From NCBI RefSeq assembly GCF_009914755.1, contig NC_060929.1: a stretch of DNA of 64,000 bases; one strand, written 5' to 3'. Both the position numbers and the translations under genes were made by a program. A model generated the notes under the pieces. That model did not search any database, was not told where the DNA came from, and saw nothing but the letters and a program-made list of their open reading frames with translations. How positions within the stretch are numbered: the stretch's first letter is position 1; every line of letters starts with the position of its first letter. Shown here piece by piece: positions 1 through 14,957 of this stretch. This DNA comes from the human T2T-CHM13v2.0 reference genome, Homo sapiens.

Positions 1-29
1 TCAACAGTGGTCACATAGCAACAACCTAA

Positions 30-190
30 TATTATGTGCCAAGCATTTCTAATCACTTAAAAATATAAACTCATTTAATCTTCACACCAGTCCTATAAAT
101 CAAGAGTGATTATTATGCCGATTTTACAGATGAGGAAACTGAGTCACAGAGAGGTTGGAGACAGAGTGTCTAGAACCCAGAGCTGCTACT
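30..190 (-). mobile_element. MIR SINE
   Basis: MIR core ATTTTACAGATGAGGAAACTGAG at ~121-143. Confidence 0.8.
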
Positions 191-882
191 CCAATAGCAC
201 CCAACTCACCCCAGGTCTTCCCCACAATGCTCTGAAGTCTCAAACATTTCTTTCTTCCAGTCATACCCAAATTATATTTCTAATCTCTGTTGTCTAATTC
301 CAGTGCTCTATTAGAAAAAAAATCAAGCTAATTAAGTTAATCCAGTTGTAATTTAATTAATGCAGCTATAGATTTTAATTATAGTGCTTCATGGTTAAAT
401 ATCACTCCACATACCCCAGAGACTTTCACATTCATCAATTTATTCTCATACAAATTCAGGGAAGGAGGCAAAGCAGATAATCTTATCCTCATGTTTACGC
501 CTAGGATAACTGCTAAGAGTCACCTGTGATTCACACAAACATACAATTTTTGATGGAAGAACTTAGACCAAGAGTTCTTTTTTTTTTTTTTTTTCCAAAT
601 CAAAGTTACATGTGTATAAATCCAAATAAGGTCTAATTGGCACAGGATGACAGAGTGAAATGAAGATCTTGAGGTGGTGGAGGGAGTAGCTAGGACTGAA
701 GGACATGAACTCCTGCCAGCTTGCAAGTCCCACCAGGTTACAAGCAGTCACCTCGGCCCCTGAGCTCAGGTCACTCTAAGGACTGGTCCTCAATATGTGC
801 CCTGGACTTTTCCCCAGGTCCATAACGCTGTGCTGTGCCGCATTGTATTTTGTTTTTAATCTTTCGTTGTTTATATTTTTAA

Positions 883-1044
<162 letters not shown>

Positions 1045-1553
1045 TGACCTGTCAGTCCCTGAAACAGTCACGGATCTCTGTTTGTGCCAAGGTGTTCTAT
1101 TGAAAACTTGCATCAAAAAGCACAATAGCAGAATTATGCCTAACACCTGTACAGGGCTATCTACTGTCCTAAGGGCTTTATCTATTCAACAAACATTTAT
1201 TGAGTTCCTACTATGTGCCAGGAATTGATCAAAAGAGATTGGGATCTCTGCCTGCTCGTAGCTTACATTCTTGCTCTATGCCTGTTAACTTAATTCTCAC
1301 AAGTACTCTAATAGGTGGGTACTATTGTTATCACCATCTGCATGTTACAGTTGAGAAACTGAGTCATAACAAGGTTATGTTACTTGCACAGGACCTCATC
1401 GCCTGTTAAATGTTAGAGCTAGTATTGGACCCTGTCAGCTTGGCTCACAGCTGTGTGCTCTTCCTTGTTCTCTTTTGATATAGGGTATCTGTACTTGAGA
1501 TCCCCTTCCCTTTCAGGTGAGGAATCAGAGATACCAACAGGAATACAGTGGAT

Positions 1554-2226
1554 CAGTGGTTCGGGCAACTTTTTGAAATTAGGACTCCTTTGCATTCTTA
1601 AAATTTATTGAGGACCCAAAAGAGCTTCTGTTGATAGGGGCTATATCTATTTATATTTACCATACTAAATGAAATTTAATATGTAAATAAAAACTGGAAA
1701 AAATAGAATGTTAATTTATTTAAATTAATAATAATCACATTTCATGGTAACATAAATTGTGTTTTTATTAAAAAAAACTACATTTTCCAAAACCCTTCAA
1801 AATTAGCGAGAAGAGCAATGCTATTTTACATTTTTATAAAAAAATCTCTTTAATGTCCAGCTTAATAGAAGATAGCTGGATTATCATGTCTGCTTTTACG
1901 TTCAGTTGGTTTTGATCTCATACTTTATGTAGCTTCTGAAAAACTCCACTGTACACTTGAAAGAGAATTAGAGTGAAAACGGCAAATATTGTTGTTGTAT
2001 TGTTATGGAAATAGTTTTGCAGCTGGGCACAATGGCACAGGCCTATAGCCCCAGCTACTTGGGAGCCTGAGGCAGGAGGATTGCTTGAGCCCAGGAGTTT
2101 GAGTCTGATCTGGATGACATAGCGAGACTCACCTCTTAAAATATATATGTGTATATATAGTTTTGATCTCATAGGCCTCCTGAAAAGGGGGCAGGAATGC
2201 TTGGTCCATACTTAAAGAACTTCTGT
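1554..2226. mobile_element. hAT-Charlie-type DNA transposon remnant, interrupted by a FLAM
   Basis: CAGTGGTT... terminus and the ...TTATTGAGGACCCAAAAGAGCTT... motif typical of Charlie MERs; subfamily not assigned. Confidence 0.55.
2021..2141 (+). mobile_element. FLAM (Alu monomer)
   Basis: Single Alu arm; ATAGTTTTG repeated on both sides. Confidence 0.85.
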
Positions 2227-2364
2227 GATATACCATTAATTATGCAGTGCAGTTTCCAAGCCTGTAACCCATATTTTCAGACAGGAGTTTGATGATGTAG
2301 TAACTTACAGGTGTGCAGTGTCTTACGGATAGCAAATCCTTTCACGTACATTTATTTGGAGGTA

Positions 2365-2524
2365 GGTGCCAGAAATCCCAGTTAAATTTGAATTTCAGAT
2401 AGATAAGCAACACATTTTTTTGTATAAACATATCACAGATATTACATGGGATGTACACTAAAGATTATTTTTTGTTTCTTTTAAATTTTAATATAACTGA
2501 CCTTTGTGTATTTTCATTTGCTAA
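2365..2524. mobile_element. MER53-like palindromic DNA element
   Basis: CCCAGTTAAATTTGAATTTCAGATA... with a degenerate inverted counterpart. Confidence 0.65.
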
Positions 2525-2902
<378 letters not shown>

Positions 2903-3134
2903 TAGAGGAGTAGACTGGGAGGCACAGAGAGGTTAACCCTCTTGTCTGAAATTTCAAAGAAGGAAAGGGGTAAAGCCAGATTTCAAAGTTGATCTTCTGA
3001 CTGCTCCCCTTAAACACTGCTTCTCCTGTAAGCAGTGTCAAGTTCTCTGAGCCAGTCATAGGAACTGATCCCTGTGGGAATGCCTCTTTCTATGGAAATA
3101 AAAATGTTTTACTGGTGAATACAAATTCTTAGTC

Positions 3135-3165
3135 ATTTCCATAGTGTAGTCGTTATCACGCTCGC
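3135..3165 (+). pseudogene. 5' half of tRNA-Val, tailless retrocopy
   Basis: ATTTCCATAGTGTAGTCGTTATCACGCTCGC vs tRNA-Val GTTTCCGTAGTGTAGTGGTTATCACGTTCGC (27/31); flanked by direct repeat TACAAATTC. Confidence 0.8.
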
Positions 3166-4219
3166 TGTACAAATTCCTAACTTTTATCTGTATTCTATAC
3201 CATTTTTATCAATAGGATGAGTATTTCTAACCACAGTAAAATTATTTACATACGAGACTCACAATATGCTTATTGGTAACATCATCTAACATTAAAGGAG
3301 ACTTTTTAGGAGTCTTAATTACATTTATAATTTAGCTCAAAGGAATATATGAATTGATATTCAGCAAAATACCAACCAGCGCTAGTGAAAGAAAAGTCAT
3401 CTTGTTCTATCTTAGACCACTGTGAAGACTCCAGAAGATACGGCATCACTGTACTGGTCACATGTAAATGTCTCTGCTTTCTGGCTCAATGAGACCCAAG
3501 GGACTGAGTGTTAGGAACCTAGGATCTTCATTGGAAATTCTGGATCTTCTTGGTTTGTTCTCACTCAGGAATAATTCTGCATTTAACATCCCTTTAAAGT
3601 TGTTGCACAGAAAAAGTTCTTCACAAAGGACAGAGTCAGGCATGTTATGGATGATAAAGCTTACAGGTGCTTTAAATGATGGAATAGTTGTCGTCATGGT
3701 ATCTGAAAGAGCCTTGAACTAGACACAAAAGACCCTGAGATATAGCACTGGGCCAGTCACTTACCCTCACTTACCCTTGATTCGTTCATTTGTGAAATGG
3801 GAGTAATAAGCATGTACTGGCTCGTTTTGTGAATTAAATTAAACCAAGCATTTGAAAGCCCTGCTCCAGGGATGGGTGTATATAGGAGTTTATAGGGAAT
3901 CCTGACTGCTCCCTCATTAAAACAGCTCCCTGATCCTCCAAGGCAATGAAGACAGAATCTGGCAGGGGTGTCTGGCCTCATAGCCCCAGCTCTTATTCCC
4001 TAACTTACTATCTGCTCCATGCTGGTTCTCTCTTTCACACCTTGGTGGAAGGCTAGCCACTGCACAGCTAAGATTAAAATGGGCATTTAATAAGACTTTG
4101 CTACAGTCTGGAGATGGCCAAGAGTATTTGGCAAAGAGGAGCATAGACAGAGCTCCTTGATAAAGCTGTTCTCAGAGGCCACAGACTGTGCCCCATCTTC
4201 ATGGGTCCTCTTTATAAAG

Positions 4220-4629
4220 TCTGGGAATTCCCAAGACCACCCTGACTTCTGACATCAGCTACAAGTTGAAAGATCACCAAGACGACCCTCAGGATCAACA
4301 TTTTGCTACAAGGAGTCACTGAACTCACTGAATGGGCATTCTCATGGTTACAGTTTATGGGGGGCTCAGTCATATAGACATGATTGACTCCCATCATGTA
4401 GACATGATTGACCTTTAGTCTTTCCCCTTCCAGAGGTGGAGATGATACCATATGGCCCAAACCCCCCACCATAAATCACTTGGTTACACTATCCGGTGTA
4501 TCCCTGGGCCTCCGGGTGAACAAAAGCACTCCTATTGGGCAGGACAGTCCAAGGACTTCAAGATCACCTCCCAGGAGCTGAGGGCAAAGGCCACCCCTTT
4601 CTTTGATAAGGTTAATTCTTCACTACACA
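4220..4629. mobile_element. MER21-family LTR (partial)
   Basis: CCCAAGACCACCC...TGCTACAAGGAGTCACTGAACTCACTG... and terminus TAATTCTTCACTACACA. Confidence 0.6.
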
Positions 4630-4988
4630 CCCATTTATGCTGCCTCCCTGCATAACCGTGTGCCCTTCCCCCCAGCTATGGGCTTGGTTAGACTCTTCAC
4701 AACCCAGATGCAAGAGAGTGTGCCTGAGAGAGGAAAATATTCCCATTTCCTGTCCCACGATGATTGATATCTGACAGACCCTCTCCCTTTAGGAGAGGCT
4801 GCTTCCTTCTCCACAACAGTGTGTGCTTACTCAGTGATCCCCATGGGACACCAACATCAGAACTTGAGCTTAACATCTCTCTAAGAGATGCATGCACAGT
4901 GGCAAGGATATCGTTTCCTTAACATTCTCAAATACTTACCTGGAATGTTCATTGCTAGTTGTTACTTTACTCTCTGCTTTTAACCTAA

Positions 4989-5156
<168 letters not shown>

Positions 5157-6352
5157 TGAAAGGCAATTGAAAATGCCTTGGAGTGCTTAAGGAAAGACTG
5201 AAGCAGAGGGTAGTATAATGCACTGAGCGTTAGAGTAATTGACACACTTCATTTGTATGGTGCTTCAGAGTTTACAAAGCCTTTTCATATGCTCTGTTTC
5301 ACTTAATGATGACAAAAACCCTGGAAGGCTGGAAGGCAAATTTTGTTTTCCCCATTTTAGAGATGAGAAAATTGACACTCAGAGGGTGGAACATCTTGCC
5401 CAAAGTCCTATGGCCAATAAGTTATAACATGTAATTCCTTTGTCTCCTAATCTATAGTTTTCTCCTTTTTTGTCACAACACAGCTCCAATAGAATAATTG
5501 ACTCCCATGCAGTATTAACAATGCAATTTTGCACGTATACACCAGATAGTATAAAATGGGCTAGGTAATGTCGTCTTATTTTGTTTTTAGTAGTGCGAAT
5601 TTGTGATTAAATGCTTATATTTTATACAACATGCTTGTGACCTGATTGATTTCTGTAAGTGGTTGCACGTTCTCTTGCCTACATGCTCAATTTTTCCAGC
5701 ATGAGCCGGAACACTCCTATTTCCCTCCCCACACCCACGAAATAAAGGCTGGCCATTTTCCAATGAGAAAGCAGGTTTTTTTGTGTGTATCTAGGCTCAT
5801 ACACAATTATGTCCCCATACCTGGAAAAGTCAAATTATGAAAAGCTGAATAAAGAAGGGCAAGAGCTAGTATCACCTGTAAAGTATTAGTCAACAGTGTT
5901 CGAAGCTTCCAGTCTCCAGAAAACATGCTTATAGTGAAGACAATAATATAACCGAATAATGATTATTGGGAAAACTATTTGAAAACCATCAGAGCCTTGA
6001 AAGAGCTGCACGTAGGTATGAAATGTCAACTCTGGTCTTGGCTGTATCCTTTCTTTTCACTGTGCAACCTTGAATCAAGTATACTGATTTATCTCTGGGC
6101 CTCAGTTTCTATCCTGTTTTGACTAGCTTTTCCTGAGTCACTGTAAATGACTAGGTGAATGACCAAATGTGTGTGTGTTTAATTCTAGGCACTGGGGACA
6201 TCTGGGACAACTGATCTGGTGTAAAGGCTTGAAGAGCAGCAGCCTGGTTGTTTGCTGCAGTGGGAGATCCTCTTCCAGGACCTTGGGATATTGGATGGGG
6301 TTTTTCTTCCTTTCAGTTCTCACTGGGTGTTTTTTTTCTTCCTTTATTACAG

Positions 6353-6397
6353 GTGCTTTTGGACTTGACAGAAGCTATATGGGAAAATCCTTAAAAG
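6353..6397 (+). CDS. MEGF10: MEGF10 45-nt coding exon, (G)AFGLDRSYMGKSLK(D)
   Basis: Pyrimidine tract + TACAG acceptor, GTATCA donor; phase 1-1; peptide visible in ORF 6169..6408. Confidence 0.93.
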
Positions 6398-7150
6398 GTA
6401 TCATGTAAATTTGAAGAAGAAATCAGAAGCACAATTAAATTTTTTTTAACCTCAAAGACTGAAATAGTTTTTAAACAAGCTAGAATGGCAAGAGAAAATG
6501 TAGAATTTTTAGTGTGGTCAGTTACTACAGCAAACACACAAACATGTGTGACTGACATCAAGAAAGTGACCAGAGGTGGTCCTTGGTAGAGCTTAAGTCT
6601 TTGGGGAACAAAAGATTCAGTTTGCTGAGGAAACACTCATATTTCATTTAAAAGAAATATGGCTTATGGGGAGACGGAAACATATAAAGGGAAATAGCCG
6701 GGACAATAAGAAAAGATCCACATGGTTACATGTTGACCAAGTTCTGCTGTTCAGGATGGGTGTGCATGATTAGATGCCTAGTACAGAGCTTTTACTAGGA
6801 GTCCTCCCAGCACAAATGCCTTCTTGTCATGATAATAGAGCCCTCTTGGTGCTCCTGGGGCCATCAACAGCTGGTTTCTTGATTGAACTTCTGTAAATTT
6901 TCTATTAATAAAACAAAACGTAATTGATTATATTCTAATGTGATCATAAAAATGAAATCAGTTAATGATATTGATGTCAGTACTCATCTTGGAGAGGAGC
7001 TAAAACTACTTTAGGGATGGGTCATTTTATAGCAGATTCTCTCCAAAACAAGTGGAAAAGGTACAGTATTATTTTCAGTGTGTAGAATTATGGAAACCTA
7101 GCTATAAAGAAAAACAGTAAAATATCACCAAGAAATGATGTTGCCAGTGA

Positions 7151-7405
<255 letters not shown>

Positions 7406-7472
7406 TAACCATAGAAAGAACCGAGTGCTTAAGTTTTTAAAAACAATTTTAAAGTCTTTACGAATATAATAG

Positions 7473-7729
<257 letters not shown>

Positions 7730-8889
7730 CATATTTTATTAATAGATGCGACCTGTGTTTTTAGCGATCATATTAATTGGTGCCAAAGGAATTTTCCAGG
7801 GAAAATATTATTTAGAAAAATTTAAGGTAAAGTTTCTTTATTTTTCACCTAATCATCCATCTTTTGTTTTGTAACCATAGTGAATATTTTGGCACACATG
7901 TGGATAGCATATGTATCATATTAGCTAATATATCTACTTAGCCGAAACAAATGGTTCAAGTGGATTAAACAGGTGATTCCATTTCCTGGTTCATTATATT
8001 AATATAATGCATTTAGCAAGATTGAAACATTTTACTTTTAAACTTGTCCAAAAGAGCAGTAATATTCTCTGATGTGAATGTGATGCAAATTAATATGAAT
8101 TCAATTTAAAATTGGAGTTATTTTGATTGTCTTTTGCAGATACCACTTGGGAAATGATAAAACATTCCACCACTACTCTTGGCTAAACAATAGGGCTATA
8201 TATTTTCATTTCTCTCTCTCTCTCTGTCTCTATTTCTATGTCTCTCTGAGTATTTATGATTTTAACTTTAAAATATTCTCTACTACTTGTAAATGAAGTG
8301 CCTACTTTACTACTAGTAATTTATTTTATGCCAGATACATCCCTGGGAAAAAATATACAAAATAATTTATTTTTAAAGTATTAAGACAGCTTTTTAAAAT
8401 GCAAGTCAAAGTGAACTAAATTTATTTTTGGAAAGTCAGTAACAATTCTCCTTTAAACTGTCCCACAAACCTGCCACAGTAGGATGGGAACTCAAATGAG
8501 AGCCTGAGTCTTGAGTCCTAAAGTTCTGAACATGTTGAGTGTTTTCATGAACTGAATTAACGTTTGAGAATGTCAGTCTTCTCACCTGTGGAATAAGGGG
8601 CTTGGCCTACCTTATCCCCAAGGTGTTTTTCAGACCATGATTTATTTCCAGGATTCTGTATATTCCCTTAATATCTTCATCCCGATTATGTGGTCCTCCT
8701 TTTGTTCTGAACACCATTTGTGTTTGCCAGTTGATCCAACTACACAGAGTTGCCACCTGTATGTGATGATTTTTAAAATCATGTTTTTAAAACCAGCATT
8801 TCCTTATATTTTTTTAAAAGTCCCTTTGGTGTGTTTGACATTTGCAAGAAATGCCATATTCTTTTTAAAAACATTTCCTTTGCTGATAA

Positions 8890-9105
<216 letters not shown>

Positions 9106-12100
9106 CACCAAAGGACCGCTTGGTAGCCACTGGAACCCTTTCCAGAACTGCTGTTTGGTTCTTCTCCATCCTCAATTTTGCCACTTTCATGTGAATGTTA
9201 GTCAATTCGGTGGGCAATTTTTGGACATGAACCAGAAAGCTGAAAGCTGAGGCTGACACGGACTGTAGGTGCTTTTTGTTCAGGTGGATTCGAAGGAGTT
9301 AGAGATGTGATTTCCCATTGCTGTTAGTTTTAGAACTATACCCGTGAAGCATGACTTATTGTAAGATGTTGGCTGAAAGCATGAACTTGCAGAACTCCCT
9401 CGGAGACGCAGGTTGCAGTGGACATTGGGATTGTTGCTTGAAAAATTAAAATTTGAATATTTTCTCTCTCATTTGCATCATACAGCTCTACCTAGGATTG
9501 TACAGTTTACCATAAAATTTACTTCATGAAAGTGGGAATCACTGAACATGTAGAAGACAAGGAACATATTGTTAACTCCTGATTCTTAACTTTATTCAAC
9601 TGGACTCAGAATTGTAGGGATAATATGAATGCAGGAGGAAACATTCTGTCAGGCGGTATGACTGGACAGACTTTGAATATACTCTAAAAGTGGACAGAAA
9701 ATTTACGAAAATCTTAGATTTTGTTTAGAATGAGAAAATATACAATTAGAATTATTTTAGAAATAGTAGGAAGTATTGCAGAAGTCAATACACAAATGTG
9801 CCAGGCAGAGGTGGTTTTCTCTGTTTGACTCTCAACCAACTTCAGATCTATGACATTATTCTGATCACTGGCTCCATCATACATATTCACCACTTGAGAT
9901 TCATAACATATCAATAGTTATTTCATAAATATAGAAATGAAATAATTTTATTTTTGACAGACTGGATGGAATGAGTGTGTAATGATTGATAAAGGTTGTA
10001 AATTTTAAATGCAAGATGACGCTTACGTTCTGTAAACCATTAGTAATACATGCTGTAATATAGAATTAGTGGAACATTTTGATTAATCTTTCCCTAGAAG
10101 TGACTGAAATATTTTTGTGCATATTTGAGAAAGGGAACTTTCCTTTTATTAATTGTCAATTTAGAGAAACTATGCTTAAGCTGGTCTTTTGCATTGCTAA
10201 TGTGACATGTACCCAACTTTTCATTAATTTGTATTTCCATTTTTAAATTGCATATTCTATGTTTTGTAGTGTTTGGATTGTTAATGAAAAAATATTATAT
10301 GTTCGTTATTCCTTGTATTATTGCCACTTATCTTTTGCTTGATAAAAATGCGTTGTTCTTTTTTCTTTTGGAGGGACAAGATGAAAATATATAATTTGAA
10401 TTGATTAAAATTGGTCGTTACTAAAATAGTATAGTAACCACAAGTGATTGGCTTATAAATGAAGTAGAAATGCTTTTTAATATTCCAAAATAGAGTTCCT
10501 TTTGATCTGTTGGTGCTGAGCCTTGGTTAAACCAGGGAGAAGGGGAGCAGAAAGGAAACGTTGTTACTGATGAGTACCACAGACTCATCTTAAAAAAAAC
10601 TCTCATTATGGTGATCATAGAATTGACCATCCAAACTGGGACACTCTTGAGAGTAAATGGAGGGCATTATTAATAATTATCTTGTAATGAACTTAAATCT
10701 GGACTGTTCCAGGCAAACCAGACTTATCTTGCAATATGAGAATGCTGACACAATGCAGGAAAGCCAGTTTCCCTTTTGTTGATCTACTTGACCAAGCAAA
10801 GGGGCTGAAAAACTGAATAAGGAAACAACTTTATAAGAGAAACAGTGGTCTTCAATCTTTTAAAGACATGAAATCCTATATGGCATTCTGTCTCAGTGAG
10901 TCAGTTAACAAATACGTATGTGCAACCCTTCTGCTAGTAGTGCACATAAGTGATTATCCCTGCCAGGTATCGAGTTGGAATATCCAGTTATTTCATGTCA
11001 CACATCGGCACGTATGATGGTGGTTTGGTCAGATGGATAATACAGCAGACACACTTAGAACACTCACTGCACTGGTGGCTGTTCATTTTGAGGAACTCCA
11101 AAGTCAATTCAAGGAAATAAGGAATGACCTGGAACAGGCCTTAGAAACAATTGATTTATTCCAATAGTTAACCACTGGCTGGCTCCCAACTCTAGGTGAT
11201 AGGCATCTAATTGAGACATGTGTGAGTCAATAGCCATCGGGGTCCTTTTTGGTGAGAAGAAATAAGACATTTTCTCCCTTTTAAAGATCATCTCTTCAGA
11301 GCTGCATGGTAAATTTGAATTTCCCCATTGTTCTCTAGAGCTAGGTCAAAAAAACAACTGTTTCTTTTCTTATTCCACTATTAATAAATTGAAAGCTTGC
11401 TGTACAAAGGCAACAGCAACTTAAAAAAGAAAATCTGGACAATAGATGTGGACTCCAAGGGGCCACTGCCATCCCTTCCTGTGTGCTCTTTTTGACAAGT
11501 AAATCACTCCAGTTAGCTGATGTCCTGAAATGACATTTGTACCTGAGGCAATTCTTATTAGAGCTTACTCAGGACTTTTCAAACATCAGGACACACATAG
11601 CAATTTGGATGTTGTAAAACTACGTGTTACATTTGGAGAGGTCTTGTTGAGAAGGCAAAATTTTCTAAATATTTTGATATCAATTTGGGTAAAGAAAGGA
11701 ATACTTTTGTTAGAATGAGAATTAAAGAGAAAACAAAAGAATCTTGGCAAAATTTTCCCTCTGAAATTACAAACTTTAGGAACTTTTCCAGATGTATCGA
11801 ATTTAATTTGACATTGATGTCACTCTTCATACCAAGTGAATCTATTCTCATGAACTTTGAACCCATGTTAATTTTGGACCCTATAACTAATTTCCTTTCT
11901 GTATCCCATGGTGGTCAAAGCAGTAAAGGAGTTTAGAGATACTTAGCAAATGCCATTCATATAGTATTGTTAGCCAAACTATTATTCCTTCCTTAGAAGT
12001 TGATGTATCAGAAAATTTATAAGTTATTTGTATTTATATATAAGTACATCAGAACTTGCCCACATGATAACTCATGTTTGCTTTAATAAGGAAAATATGT

Positions 12101-13020
12101 TATTTGAGGTTAATTATATGATAGTGAGGAACATTTTACAATTATTTACAGTGTTTGACATTAATTGCTGTCCTATGATACAGTAGTAATGTTAACAGAG
12201 AGTTTAATATGTTTAGCATTATCTTTATGGAATTTATATTCACCAATTTCAGGAAAACCAACCATAGAACTTTATAATAGGACAGTTATAACCTGACTGA
12301 ACCAAATCCATCAGCATAATGACTGTGTGTTCTGAGAAATGCAAACAACTTTATGAAAGTGTGGTCATCTTGACCCCCAAAGAGCCACAGTAGCTGTCAA
12401 TTATTGAGATTTTTAAATGGTAAATATTGCAAAAGTTAAACAAGGGTACCACAATATCATTTATAATTGATGTCAATATTAGTAGTCCACTTTATGCTTA
12501 AAATAAAATCATAAAAAATCAAGTTTTAAGGTTATATTTTTTAAAATAATGAATTTTCTATCTCTAGGCAACATGTCTTTATTATTCAAGCTGAATGTTT
12601 AAGAGAGATTTTGGTCTTAAAGGCTTCACATCATGAAAGTGTACATGCATATGCAAGTGTGAATTACGTGGTATGGATGTTTGCTTGTTTATTAACTAAA
12701 GATGTACAGCAAACTGCCCGTTTAGAGTCCTGTTAATATTGATGTCCTAACACTGGGTCTGCTTATGCTAGTTCAGTATTTGGTCTAGGCTTCATTTTGA
12801 TATGACTGAATTGCAATCTATATTTTTAAAAAGAAAAATCAAAATACATTAGGGTTTACTTGGTTGTGGCAAACAAACAAAAAATGCTTTCAGTGTTGAA
12901 ATATCTCTATTTTCCAAAGATGATAAACTTTCATCGTTCTTAGCCTACATTGTCATTTATATCACCAAATGAGTTTATAGATTAATGCAATAAACTTTCT
13001 AATAAAAAACTCTAGTGTTT
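9106..13020 (+). other. MEGF10: MEGF10 3' UTR (~3.9 kb; end approximate)
   Basis: AT-rich sequence with no obvious repeats after the stop codon, ending at tandem AATAAA with a downstream GT/T-rich tract. Confidence 0.7.
12989..13006 (+). terminator. Tandem polyadenylation signals (AATAAA at 12989-12994 and 13001-13006)
   Basis: Two hexamers followed by TAGTGTTTCTTTCT...TGTTGATT, a downstream-element-like tract. Confidence 0.7.
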
Positions 13021-14280
13021 CTTTCTATATCTGATTCTACTGTTGATTAATGAGAGAAAAAACCTTGTGCTCGTATGGAAAAAATAATATTTTTTCTTGT
13101 TCTTGAAGGACAGAGGCAACATTTTATTCATATTTGGATCCCTGGAACTCAGGTTAGGGGCTGATAGTCAAGTCTTCTGTAACTAGCTTTAGGTTATCTT
13201 ATGTGGATTTGCTTTCTAAATCTCAGTGCCCATTAGTACTTTCATTTATGACTAAAACATCTTTGAAACATTTGCATTATAGCACTGCGGAGCAGGGATC
13301 AAACATGAGTAAAACATTGTTTCTTCTTTCAATAGCTGTTTCTTTACTGGGGCCCTGAATGCCAAGCACAGCTGGGGATGCAGAGACGTGTAAGGCATGA
13401 GCTGTTTTGGAGTCCTTCATTATTTAGTTAGGGAAATAAAGCATATGGCTGGCTGTGTGACTGGTTCTGTGGGTTAAGTTAGCCTCTTAAGGCCTTGGCT
13501 TCTATATTGCAATACATTGGAAGTAACAGTACAATAAATTTCATAGGGTTTGTGAGAATTTAATAACTTTATACATACAAAACACTTCAGTGCCTGGCAT
13601 ACACTAAGCACCTCGTAAATGTTAGCTGACATTGCTATTATGAAAAATTAGCTAATAATATGAACCAGTTTGCAATAACCAGATGAATGATGGGGCTAAT
13701 AGATCAGAAGAGAGTATTTAATGAATATTATAGAAGCTATACATTTGAATGACCATATCCTGATCTATTTTTATACTAGCACAAAATTCCATACATATTT
13801 TATTTCTAGAGATGTAATTTAGGAAAGCAATAATATGTTTATATTTTCCAGTAACATGTTATCTAATTGGAATTAGGAATGCTTTTACAACATTTGGATG
13901 TGAGTTTCTGAGGAAAATGGTGACCTGGGAACATTCTAGAGAATATGACCATCCAGAAAAAGTCAAGGGCTGGTTTTGGCAACCAGAAGGGGTTCTGCAT
14001 ACAGGGAGGCATCAAGTCCTTGAAAGAATGTGCCAGTTGGGGCTAAAGATGTAAATGAGAGTTAATGCGAGGTGGAGAGGGTGCATGATGAGAGTCAGCT
14101 ATCTTGGGTGGATACACAAAGACAAGGGAAGGTAGAAATGTTTCTGCTGTTTGCATTATGCGGCAATGAAAGAGGCAAACTGTTCCCCGGGTGATGGCAC
14201 TTAGGAGAGGCAGTTTCCACATTGGGCTGAGGTCAACCTATCTCCACTTGGACTCGTGAACTGAGGCCTTCTGCCACTTA

Positions 14281-14619
<339 letters not shown>

Positions 14620-14957
14620 CTAATCACCAGCTAGTCACTAAAGAAAAAATGCCTACCCTAACTGTCAAATCAGAGGCAATACAAACCTGCACCCTCTCAG
14701 TATAAATAGACAAAGAAAGATCACAACCCACTCAGGAACATTGCAGCCCAGTTAGAAGAGATTAAACTGAAAAACTGCAATAAGCCTCTACTATGGAGGT
14801 AGAGCTAATGTAGAAAATAGAAGAAAACTTAGATAAAATATGATTAAAACTCTTGAAGGGTTACAGTCACAGGACAAGTGAGAGGCCCCTGGAACTAGAA
14901 ATAATGATTTCCTAATTTAAAAAATTCAATAGAAGGATGTAAAAACAAAAGCAATAT

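Noticed and set aside
12540-12770. Segment of the MEGF10 3' UTR that looked like a - strand 3' end (AATAAA on -) of another transcript
   Set aside because: No poly-A tail or TSD, and no parent gene I can identify.
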